From assembly GCF_001194135.2 (NCBI RefSeq), contig NC_068996.1, positions 44,378,992 through 44,419,442 of the forward strand: a stretch of DNA of 40,451 bases. The letters run 5' to 3'. Source of the DNA: Octopus bimaculoides. Taxonomy: Eukaryota. A model generated the notes under the pieces. That model saw nothing but the letters and a program-made list of their open reading frames with translations. It was not told the origin of the DNA and made no database searches. Below, one piece after another: positions 21,470-31,782 of the stretch. Numbering within the stretch: position 1 is the stretch's first letter; each line of letters starts with the position of its first letter. The position numbers and the translations under genes are program-made.

Positions 21470-22372
21470 TAAATAATATATAAATATATGCACATATCCA
21501 TACATATATGTACATACTTACATCTATATGTATATATACATGCATATATGGGTACAGGACATCAAAAAAACGTTAAACACAATGAGAAACGAAAACAGAA
21601 AATGAGCTTTTTTTGAACAAAGAAAAGAACAGAGAAACGAGACATGCAACATAAAGAATATTTCCCTTCATCAGTTGTCCCTGTCCATCTCATTACTATC
21701 ACTTCCCTGTCTATCTCTCTCCCTCTCATGTTCTTCATCCTTTGTTTTTCTCTCCCACCTTTTCCCTATTCTTTTCTCCCTTTCACCATTCCCTCTCTCT
21801 CCCTCACTCTTCCTCCTCGACCCTCTCGTCGCTGACACTTGACGAAAGGGATTCTTTCTTTCTCTCCGCTGGCTTCCTATAAAGAAGATGTGATTTTTCT
21901 GTCTCTTGTCTCTTCTCTCATTCATGTCTACTAGTGTTCAAAATAATAATAATTTTTCTATTGTCTTGGCCCAACAGTCCTTATTGTTTATTTTTGCTGT
22001 CTTCTTTTTACTGTCTTGTCCTCACTGTCCTGTTCTTGTTAACACTTTCACACACCTCAAAAAATTCCAAATTTTATTTGGTTTGCTTTGCGGGAAGGAC
22101 TGTTCCAACAAAGTTGCATATTGTCCTTGCCTTCGAAATGCAGTGTAGATGGACAGGGACAACTGATGAAGGGAAATATTCTTTATGTTGCATGTCTCGT
22201 TTCTCTGTTTTTTACGTTGTTCAAAAGAAAGTTTGTTTTCTGTTTTCGTTTCTCATCGTGCTTAACGTTTTTTTCTGATATCCTGTACCCATATATGCAT
22301 GTATGTATACATATAGATGTAGATATGTACATATATGTATGGATATGTACATATATTTATATATTATTTATA
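21470..22372. mobile_element. Penelope-like element with ~220-nt inverted terminal arms (21470-21690, 22147-22372)
   Basis: GGGTACAGGACATC...CCCTTCATCAGTTGTCCCTGTCCATCT pairs with AGATGGACAGGGACAACTGATGAAGGG...GATATCCTGTACCC. A third arm lies at 30780-31027. Confidence 0.75.
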
Positions 22373-22528
22373 TTATTAAAATGATTGAACGTCACGCATC
22401 CTTCTCCAAGTAAGTTTTTATCTATATANNNNNNNNNNNNNNNNNNNNNNNNNNNNNNNNNNNNNNNNNNNNNNNNNNNNNNNNNNNNNNNNNNNNNNNN
22501 NNNNNNNNNNNNNNNNNNNNNNNNNNNN

Positions 22529-22573
<45 letters not shown>

Positions 22574-22719
22574 GTATTCTGTAAGCCATTAGCTAGGGGT
22601 AGCATAGATTGTCCACAGTTCAAAGTTGTCAGTTACACAGACCATAAAATTGTGACCTGTACGGTCGACCAACATTGAATGTATAGAGGAGTACCCGCTC
22701 ACTGGAAATTTGTGTAAGT

Positions 22720-23034
22720 ATGCATGCATGTATGTATGTATGTATGTATGTATGTATGTGTGTATGTATGTATGTATGTATGCATGTATGCATGTATGTA
22801 TGTATGTATGTATGTATGTATGTATGTATGTATGTATGTATGTGTGTGTTTAATTGTTTGTCAGCTACACATACGACACATATACGGGAGTTGTTCCAAA
22901 AGTGGTCCCAAACAAAAGTGTTCTGTAATGTTTTTGCTTTGTAATGCCATTAAGTAAATCTTTTGAACCACCCCTTTATCTGCGTGTGTTTGTATATATA
23001 TGTATATATATGTGTGCGTATGTGTGTGTGTGTA

Positions 23035-23066
<32 letters not shown>

Positions 23067-23135
23067 TGTGTGTGTATGTGTGTGTGTGTGTGTGCGTGTG
23101 TATGTGTGTGTGTCTGTGTGTGTACCTATATATGT
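22720..23135. repeat. (TATG)n and (TG)n microsatellites
   Basis: Directly visible. Confidence 0.9.
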
Positions 23136-23876
23136 ATAGCTTGCTTCAATATATGGCAATTTATTGTTTTCTTGCAGTTTAAACATGTCTATTAAGTTTT
23201 TAAAAAAATGTCAAGAGAATAAATGAATACATTTAAGAGATAAATAAGAGAAAAAAAAAACTCCAATGAATTCCGCATTTTATCTGAAAATCACTGTTAA
23301 ACATTAAAGTTGTTTAGTCATATTAAATATTATCATGTCTNNNNNNNNNNNNNNNNNNNNNNNNNNNNNNNNNNNNNNNNNNNNNNNNNNNNNNNNNNNN
23401 NNNNNNNNNNNNNNNNNNNNNNNNNNNNNNNNNNNNNNNNNNNNNNNNNNNNNNNNNNNNNNNNNNNNNNNNNNNNNNNNNNNNNNNNNNNNNNNNNNNN
23501 NNNNNNNNNNNNNNNNNNNNNNNNNNNNNNNNNNNNNNNNNNNNNNNNNNNNNNNNNNNNNNNNNNNNNNNNNNNNNNNNNNNNNNNNNNNNNNNNNNNN
23601 NNNNNNNNNNNNNNNNNNNNNNNNNNNNNNNNNNNNNNNNNNNNNNNNNNNNNNNNNNNNNNNNNNNNNNNNNNNNNNNNNNNNNNNNNNNNNNNNNNNN
23701 NNNNNNNNNNNNNNNNNNNNNNNNNNNNNNNNNNNNNNNNNNNNNNNNNNNNNNNNNNNNNNNNNNNNNNNNNNNNNNNNNNNNNNNNNNNNNNNNNNNN
23801 NNNNNNNNNNNNNNNNNNNNNNNNNNNNNNNNNNNNNNNNNNNNNNNNNNNNNNNNNNNNNNNNNNNNNNNNNNNN

Positions 23877-23915
<39 letters not shown>

Positions 23916-23998
23916 GTTTGTAGGAAAACATAAATCCGGCGAAGAAGCACACTCTAACATGTAGAGCAGTTAATATTATAATGGTGGGGAGAGACCCG

Positions 23999-24067
23999 TT
24001 TATGGGGTTACCCTGGGTTTCTCGTCCATAAAGGGTCTGGTCTTACGGCGTATCGTCGGATCCCAAA
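23999..24067 (-). ncRNA. Type I hammerhead-ribozyme-like motif, copy B (GUA triplet, core CCGACGA)
   Basis: Minus strand: TTTGGGAT-CCGACGA-T-ACGCCGTAAGA-CCAGACC-CTTTATGGACGA-GAAA-CC-CAG-G-GTA-ACCCCATAAA. Stem III ACC/GGU is intact. Predicted cut between 24009 and 24008. U4 is replaced by C. Confidence 0.65.
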
Positions 24068-24467
24068 TCTGGTGACCTAAGACCTCATCAAAATATGGAG
24101 TGGGGAAATGCCTCGCTAAATGTAAACAATAAGTGATTATCTCCCTTTGCCATCGGCCATCGAGTTGCGGCCGCGCTGCTATCTTGTGGTCACCAAAAAT
24201 CTCGAAGGACGCCGTCTTGAAGAGATTAGTCGCACAATTCGACAGCAGTACTACTATTTTTTTTTTTCAATTTCAGTATATCAAATCCGTTCACAAGATT
24301 TTAGTTGGACTGAACCCAGAATCATGTGGTTTGGGAGCAAACGTCTTACACACAGTCCCACCTGCAGCTACGACTATTAAAATATCATTTAATAAATTTT
24401 TATGAATATGAGTGTTCTCTGCCAGGAGAAACTCGAAAATTTCAAAATGAACACCCACAAAAGCACA

Positions 24468-24468
24468 T

Positions 24469-24548
<80 letters not shown>
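24468..24548. repeat. (TAC)n microsatellite
   Basis: Directly visible; source of the poly-T ORF. Confidence 0.95.
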
Positions 24549-24597
24549 TTTAGTGTATCATATTGAATGCTTCAAAATCTTTTATTTGGCTCTATAG

Positions 24598-24627
24598 ATC
24601 TCCAATGGGTTTGGTTATGAAATACAG
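24598..24627 (+). other. Candidate 30-nt exon
   Basis: TTTTATTTGGCTCTATAG|ATCTCCAATGGGTTTGGTTATGAAATACAG|GTGAGC. Phase 0 reads ISNGFGYEIQ, phase 2 reads SPMGLVMKY, phase 1 has a stop. Protein not recognised. Confidence 0.35.
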
Positions 24628-25384
24628 GTGAGCTGTATGCTTCTAACTATTGTTTCTTCCATTTACCTCCTCTTTTCTGAGACAAGCGCTCAATTCTGCC
24701 ACTGGAGATATTTGTATCCAGGCCCACGCTTCAAAGACCAATACGTTTTGAGGTCGTTTTTGTCCTTTTCAAAATGAGTGCTGTAATTTATTACCATTCA
24801 ATGAATAATGTTTCCGTAATTATAACATGGATATTATTCATTGAAAAATTTCTATTCATCTATTTTCGTTCCATCGTTCCATATTTAAAAAAAAAAAACG
24901 GATTTCTTTAGTGAAATTTTTTTTATACTGTCATTCCAAATATTTATTTATTCACTTATTTATTTACTTTTAATTTATGTGTCAAGAGTAGAAACCAATT
25001 TCCATTGAAATTTTTTTTTCCATTTTTCTATTTAGTTAAACAATTAGCAACCCCGCCATATTCATTTACCGCTACTAATTTCTATAAATAGCTTCAACCG
25101 TTTGTTTATTTCTATAAGTGTCAGTCACGTAAGTATTATGAAAACATTATTCATCGACATGTTTTTATTCACTCATTTATACTCCACATAAAAAAGACAA
25201 TTCCTTTTGTGGCATTTTCTCTGCCATTCGTTTCAAATACTTTATTCTTTCATTTACGTATCAAAAGCGAAAACTATATAGTTTTTTTTTTACTGAAAAG
25301 TTTCGCTATTCTAGGCAGTTGAATTATTTGCAAAATCCACATTCATTTGTTAATACAAATTTCAGTCAATGTACTCAAATAATT

Positions 25385-25890
25385 ATGTGTATTTTTTTCT
25401 TTACTCGTTTCAGCTCAGAAGCTGCGGTCATGCTGGGACACCACCGTTATATATTCCTTTCCACTTTCTCAATCGTTCTTTTAACTTTTATCTTTTACCT
25501 GTTTCAGTCATTTGACTGCGGCTATGCTGGAGCACTGCCTTGGAAATGTTTTTTGTCGAACAAATCGACCGCAATACATTTTTAAAAAACCTAGTACTTA
25601 TTCTATTGGTGTTCTTATTCTTTTGCTGAGCCACGAGCTTACGAGGACGTAAACACACAAACATCGGTTGTCAAGCAGTAATGGGTAACAAACACAGACA
25701 CAAAGACACACATACAGTTAACACTCACGCACGCGCGTGCATAGACGACAGGCTTCTTTCAATTTCCATCTACCAAATCCACTGATAGCCCAAGGCTATA
25801 TTTGAAGATACTTGCCCTTGGTACCACGAAGTGCGACCGAATCCGGGACCATGTGGTTGCGAAGCAAACTTCTTGCCACACAGCTACGCC
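25385..25890 (-). mobile_element. SINE family S2 copy with a duplicated 3' segment
   Basis: TGCGG(T/C)(C/T)ATGCTGG occurs twice (about 25424 and 25518), followed by the rest of the S2 body. Confidence 0.7.
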
Positions 25891-26254
25891 TAATATCTAA
25901 AATGTAATTTGTTTGGTAATATTTCCATTGCTACTCCGTTCAGGTATTTTAGTTCTTTTCGTTGAGTATCCCACAGTAAAAAGAAAACAATACAAAATCA
26001 ATATTCGCGTAGGGCTGCCGTAGCAGCAACAAAGGTAGTCAATGCACTGCTCCCTATAGAATTTATTTATTGACATCAAGCCACACCTTACTTAAATCAG
26101 AATTATCCCCCCTCATCCGCCCCCGGCAAACTGGTCAATGTACCCTAAGGGGACATTGTATTCAAGGTGAGAAGCAATTTCGCCATGATAGATCGCCGAC
26201 CACTACATTTATATTTTTTTTCTCCTTGTTTCTCTCCTTATTTCTTTCTGTGTT

Positions 26255-26291
26255 CCTTTCAGTTGAAGAGCGTAACTCGAAACGTCAAAGA
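26255..26291 (+). ncRNA. Minimal hammerhead-like motif, second copy of the 1162-1198 family (core CAGUUGA)
   Basis: CTTT-CAGTTGA-A-GAG-CGTAA-CTC-GAAA-CG-TC-AAAG. The core is more degenerate than at 1162. Confidence 0.4.
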
Positions 26292-26881
26292 CTTTCTCTA
26301 TTCCCGAGCGTTAAACTAATACATCCATTTGTTGTTTACACCACCTGTCTTCGTCTATTGTTTTTTTTTCGTAAATTCTCCAACATTAGCAGAAGCTCTT
26401 CCTTAGTTCCAAGTTAGGAAACGAATCAATCTATCTGTCTGTCTGTCTGTCTTAGCGAAAGACGTTGTGTGATGGACCAGAATGAAAGGGCTGAAGACAG
26501 ACATTTTCCTCTTTGGCCAAACCCTCATCAACTTTTTCAAGGTCCATTTGAAAGGGAAGGTGAGGGTAGAGAGGAAAGTGCTGTCCAGTAATTTTGTTAT
26601 AAGGTGGGTGAATGCATGCGCTTCTACACCGAGAGTAGTTGAAGTGGAAAGGGCACATGCCCTAGAAGTCAGGGTGATCGTGGTTTGTGGGGTTTCCACG
26701 AGTAGTCCTTGGAAGACTCGTTCCTTTGAGGATCTATTTGAAATGATTTTTATTGTTATTACCATCTTAGACGATTAAATCCCACTGTTATTGTGTTGTC
26801 TTGTTTTGTCCCGCCCTCAATCTTTTATATAAATCCTCAGTGGCGAATAAATAAAAGATTATTATTATTATTATTATTATT

Positions 26882-27184
26882 CTGTAGTTTTATTTTTATA
26901 ACGTGCTTTCACTTCACTACCGAGCGCAGCTCTGTGCGCCTTGGGTATGTGCTGTGGTTTGCTGTGGTTCTCTTATGTTTACTGTATTGAAAGTGATTTG
27001 CGAAGAATGTGTGCAGTACCCAGTAGTGCAATTTTCTGTATGTTATATATATTTGTAAGTCCTGGCATTTTTGTTATGTATTTGTCTGAATATTTTTTTA
27101 TTATACCTAAGGCACCTACTATGATAGGAATTGTTTCTGTTTTTAGATTCCACATTCGATTTATCTCTATTTCCAGGTCTTTGT
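26882..27184 (-). mobile_element. 3' end of an RLE-type non-LTR retrotransposon with 3' UTR and (AAT)n tail
   Basis: Codons 27182-26979 read KDLEIEINRMWNLKTETIPIIVGALGIIKKYSDKYITKMPGLTNIYNIQKIALLGTAHILRKSLSIQ*. The 3' UTR ends in the (ATT)n tract at 26858-26881. The 5' part is lost in a gap. Confidence 0.88.
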
Positions 27185-27813
27185 NNNNNNNNNNNNNNNN
27201 NNNNNNNNNNNNNNNNNNNNNNNNNNNNNNNNNNNNNNNNNNNNNNNNNNNNNNNNNNNNNNNNNNNNNNNNNNNNNNNNNNNNNNNNNNNNNNNNNNNN
27301 NNNNNNNNNNNNNNNNNNNNNNNNNNNNNNNNNNNNNNNNNNNNNNNNNNNNNNNNNNNNNNNNNNNNNNNNNNNNNNNNNNNNNNNNNNNNNNNNNNNN
27401 NNNNNNNNNNNNNNNNNNNNNNNNNNNNNNNNNNNNNNNNNNNNNNNNNNNNNNNNNNNNNNNNNNNNNNNNNNNNNNNNNNNNNNNNNNNNNNNNNNNN
27501 NNNNNNNNNNNNNNNNNNNNNNNNNNNNNNNNNNNNNNNNNNNNNNNNNNNNNNNNNNNNNNNNNNNNNNNNNNNNNNNNNNNNNNNNNNNNNNNNNNNN
27601 NNNNNNNNNNNNNNNNNNNNNNNNNNNNNNNNNNNNNNNNNNNNNNNNNNNNNNNNNNNNNNNNNNNNNNNNNNNNNNNNNNNNNNNNNNNNNNNNNNNN
27701 NNNNNNNNNNNNNNNNNNNNNNNNNNNNNNNNNNNNNNNNNNNNNNNNNNNNNNNNNNNNNNNNNNNNNNNNNNNNNNNNNNNNNNNNNNNNNNNNNNNN
27801 NNNNNNNNNNNNN

Positions 27814-29478
27814 CATGAATGGATGTTGTTTTCACAGCGATAATGCTCTTCTCAGTACATGAGTCGTACGAGTTAACACGATTTTTTGTACTTCCTGTAG
27901 GGATGGTAAGCCTGGTATCATTTTCAAATAGGTTTCAGTACCTTTTTTTAATCATTCCTAAAGATCCTACAATCACTGGTACGGTAGCAGCCTTGAGGTG
28001 CCACATTTTTTCAATTTCTATTAGCAAGTCTTCATATTTACTGATCTTATCAAATTCTTTCGCCGCTATATTATGATCGCAGGGCATACTCATGTCAATT
28101 AATAAACACATCTTCTTTGTCTGATCTTTTATAATAATATCCGGTTTATTAGCTTTTATAGTTTTGTCGGTATGTACGGGGAAGTCCCAGAGAATCGATA
28201 CATTTTCTCCCTCAGTCACAGCTTCAGGATAGTGTTTATACCATTTGTCAGTGGTTTTGATTTTATAATATTTACACTGGACATATTGTCCAGTGTAAAT
28301 ACTGGCCAACTCTGTAATGTCTTGCTTTATATTCTACAGGTGCTAAGACTCTACACTCTGAGATTAGGTGGCTTATAGTTTCAATCGCATCGTTACAGAA
28401 TCGGCATTTTGGGTCAACTCCATTTTTTATCACATGACTTTAATAAGCTTTGGTCTTGAGCAACTAATATGAAATCTTCACTCTCTGCTTTTAGCCCTGA
28501 GCTTCGTAACCACTGATGCGTGCGTTTCTGGTTGACATCAGCTTGTTTGCTACGAGCCACATACTTGCCATGCAGAGGTTTCTGTTCCCATCTGCTAGCT
28601 AATTTTTCATGTGCTTTTGTCTTTGCATTTAATTTTATTTTCTTTGCAGCAGCAGTTGGAGCATTTCCTTCAACCTGATCAAGCTGGTGGGTATCTAAGA
28701 GATCGGTAGTGAATTTTTTGCTCTCTTTCAGAAGAGAGTGAAGTTTTTTCGGTCTTTCATGTTTTTCAACAAGTTTCAGCATCCAATCGTTGGTTGTTTC
28801 AAGGTATTTGGCCAGTCCGATTGTGGTGGTTTTGTACGTAAGTTCAAGCTGGATCAAGCCTCGACCTCCCTGAGCTCTGGGAAGGTAAAGACGATCCACA
28901 TCTGCCTTTGGATGGTGCATCTTATTACAAGTCAGTAGCTTGGGGATTTTTCTATCAATTTTGACTATTTCACTGGTATTCCAGTTAAGCACATTGAAGC
29001 TATAAAGAACAACTGGGACTGCTAAGGAATTTATGGCTAACACCTTATTATATGCATTCGGCTCAGACTTCAGGAATGCTCGAACTCTTCTATAACATGC
29101 CTTCCTAACCTTCTCTTTCATGCTTGCATACTGGATACCAGAGCCTTCATTTATTCCTAGGTATTTATAGGTTTGTTTCTGCTCNNNNNNNNNNTTGCAT
29201 ACTGGATACCAGAGCCTTCATTTATTCCTAGGTATTTATAGGTTTGTTTCTGCTCAAGTTCCTTTATTACTGTTTCGACATCTAATTCTATTGAACTTGA
29301 CTGTACAAGTTTCCCTTTCTTAAAGGTGGCTTTGGCACACTTTTCAAGGCCAAACTCCATCCCGATATCATCACTGAATCCTTTCACAGTGTGTAATAGT
29401 CCTTCAAGCTCTTCATCATTTTTGCCATATAGTTTTAAATCATCCATATGAAATAGATGGCTTATTTTCCTGTTGTTA

Positions 29479-29480
<2 letters not shown>
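27814..29480 (-). mobile_element. 5'-truncated RLE-type non-LTR retrotransposon (R4/Dong-like): RT C-terminal half, CCHC knuckle, restriction-like endonuclease; frameshifted
   Basis: RT motifs ISHLFHMDDLKLY...GMEFGLEKCA...YKYLG and RLYLPRAQGGRGL. Knuckle CRFCNDAIETISHLISEC (about 28350-28405). RLE KPDIIIKD...LLIDMSMP...KISKYEDLLIEIEKMW. Stop at 27832-27834. Frameshifts near 28430, 28290 and 27940. Confidence 0.95.

Positions 29481-29541
<61 letters not shown>
29481..29541. repeat. (TTA)n microsatellite at the 5' junction of the LINE
   Basis: Directly visible; gives the poly-I run in ORF 29157-29693. Confidence 0.95.
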
Positions 29542-29543
<2 letters not shown>

Positions 29544-29718
29544 GGCAAAGTGCTTAGCGGCATCGCTTCCGGTTATACATTCTGAGTTCAAATTCCACCG
29601 AGGTCGAAATTTATCTTTCATCTTTTCAGGGCCATAAAGTAAGTACCATTCAAGAATTAGGATCGATGTTATCGGCTTACACCCTCCCAGCAAAAAACTG
29701 CTGGCCTTGTGTCAAAAA

Positions 29719-29890
29719 TTCTTCTTCTTCTTCTTCTTCTTCTTCTTCTTCTTCTTCTTCTTCTTCTTCTTCTTCTTCTTCTTCTTCTTCTTCTTCTTCT
29801 TCTTCTTCTTCTTCTTCTTCTTCTTCTTCTTCTTCTTCTTCTTCTTCTTCTTCTTCTTCTTCTTCTTCTTCTTCTTCTTCTTCTTCTTCT
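29719..29890. repeat. Long pure (TTC)n microsatellite (~57 units)
   Basis: Directly visible; gives the poly-S/E/F/L ORFs. Confidence 0.95.
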
Positions 29891-30286
29891 ATTATCACTG
29901 ATAAGTCATCGTCAATAAGTGAATGAATTCCCATGTGCCTGTTTCCTGGCAACAAAATTTATCAGTGTCCCCCTAGACCTTCTTCGTTAGGTTCTTGCGC
30001 CATAAGAGTCAGTCGAAGCAACCAGAATATGAAGAAGCCATTTAAATTGAGAAGTTTCGATAACTTCAACCGACGTTATGTCACTCGTATACTTGGGAAA
30101 GTGATGTAGTCCTTCTTCCTCAACTAAAAATCTAAATAGCCTTGTGACTATCTGAAAATACAATATATTGATTTATTTTGTGCAGACAAAGGCAATTTTT
30201 GTTAGAAAGGAGTGCGATCGTTTGATTCAGTCAGTCAATATATGATTACTATGATAATGTAGAGGTACAATGGCCCAGTGGTTAGA

Positions 30287-30333
30287 GCAGCGGACTCGCG
30301 GTCGTAGGATTACGGTTTCGATTCCCAGACCGG
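30287..30333 (+). mobile_element. tRNA-derived SINE head (A and B boxes), truncated by an S3 insertion
   Basis: A box TGGCCCAGTGG and B box GGTTTCGATTCC. No acceptor stem, so not an intact tRNA. Confidence 0.6.
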
Positions 30334-30742
30334 GAAAATCTGGTAAGCAGCCAGCTGGCAGAATCATTTGCATACCGGACAAAATACTGAACGGTATTTC
30401 TTCTGTTTTTGCGTTCTGAGTTCAAATGCCACAGAGATTGATTTTGCCTTTCATCCTTTCGGGATCGATAAAATAAGCACCAGTTCAGCGTAAGGGTCGA
30501 TATAATCGACTTTTCGACTTTCTTCCTCCCCTGGAATTGCTACCCTTGTGTTGAAATTGAAACTAATATGAAAAACTAGTTAGACGTAACCGTGTATTAA
30601 GAAGATTGCTTCCGAACCACATTGTTCAGGGTTCAGCCCCACCACTGTGCAGCATCTTGAGCCCAAATCTCTTACTATTGCCCTAGGTTGAGCAAAGTCT
30701 TGTGAGTAGATTTGGTGAACAGAAACTGAAAGAGCCCATCAA

Positions 30743-30779
<37 letters not shown>

Positions 30780-30785
<6 letters not shown>

Positions 30786-31027
30786 ATATAAATAATATAT
30801 AAATATATGCATATATCCATACATATATGTACATACGGACATCTATATGTATACGTGCATGTATATATGGGTACAGGACATCACAAAAAAAAACGTTAAA
30901 CACAATGAGAAACGAAAACATAAAGACGAAAACAGAAAACGAACTTTTTTCGAACAACGAAAAAAAATAGAGAAACGAGACATGCAACATAAAGAGTATA
31001 ACCCTTCGTCAGTCGTCCCTGTCGGTC
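30780..31027 (+). repeat. Solo arm of the Penelope-like element at 21470-22372, cut by a gap
   Basis: Aligns to 21470-21685; contains CTGACGA on the minus strand (31022-31016). Confidence 0.8.
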
Positions 31028-31322
31028 NNNNNNNNNNNNNNNNNNNNNNNNNNNNNNNNNNNNNNNNNNNNNNNNNNNNNNNNNNNNNNNNNNNNNNNNN
31101 NNNNNNNNNNNNNNNNNNNNNNNNNNNNNNNNNNNNNNNNNNNNNNNNATACATACATACATACATACATATAAATTTGACATGGCGATTCTTTCTTGTT
31201 TTGGAATTCATGGTCAAACGGATGGGTGGAATTACGCGAAAAATGATACAGATGAGTAGAATGATCCGGTAGTGATGCTGGACTTTGTATGTTTTTCATA
31301 GCTCCCATGGTTACCGAGATAA

Positions 31323-31782
31323 TCTACTATAATAATACTCTTGTGTTTATGAATGAGAAAGGAAGGGGGTGATAGATGAATAAGGAAGGAAGGGGTGATG
31401 TCATACTTGATAGTGGGATGATAAAAACTGTACGCTGAAAAAATAAATCAAACAGCGTTTCAGCTCTGTATGAATATATGTGTGTATGTAAAGGGGTGGG
31501 GCTGAATGTGTGCATGTGCGCGTATGTGTGTGTGCGCGCGCGCACAATGGAAGTGGGATGGTTCATCTTTGTTCGCTTAGTATTTGGGTTTATTTTTTGA
31601 TTTGGTTGAATCTTGGTTGTTTTTTTTTGTTGGTCAGTTATTTTTAGCATTTTGACATAAAAAAGTCATTCTAAAATTGTTTTTTAACGTAAGTGTGCCC
31701 AAACAAGTCGAATGCTTACACAAAGCAGGTTTTACAGCCACATCATCCAAACTGACCGGGTGAAACTGGGCTTAGCTGCTAG
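31323..31782 (+). mobile_element. Non-autonomous Helitron-like element
   Basis: A|TCTACTATAATAATA at 31323; imperfect hairpin CCGGGTGAAACTGGG at 31756-31770; CTAG|T at 31779-31783. Confidence 0.75.

Noticed and set aside
25977-26034. Possible exon CAG|TAAAAAG...ACAAAG|GTAGTC (KKKTIQNQYSRRAAVAATK in phase 2)
   Set aside because: Weak donor, no homology recognised, and it lies between repeats.
26403-26778. GC-richer segment with ORFs on both strands (98-120 aa)
   Set aside because: No motif I can assign in any frame. It may be a decayed LINE piece, but that is not supportable by eye.
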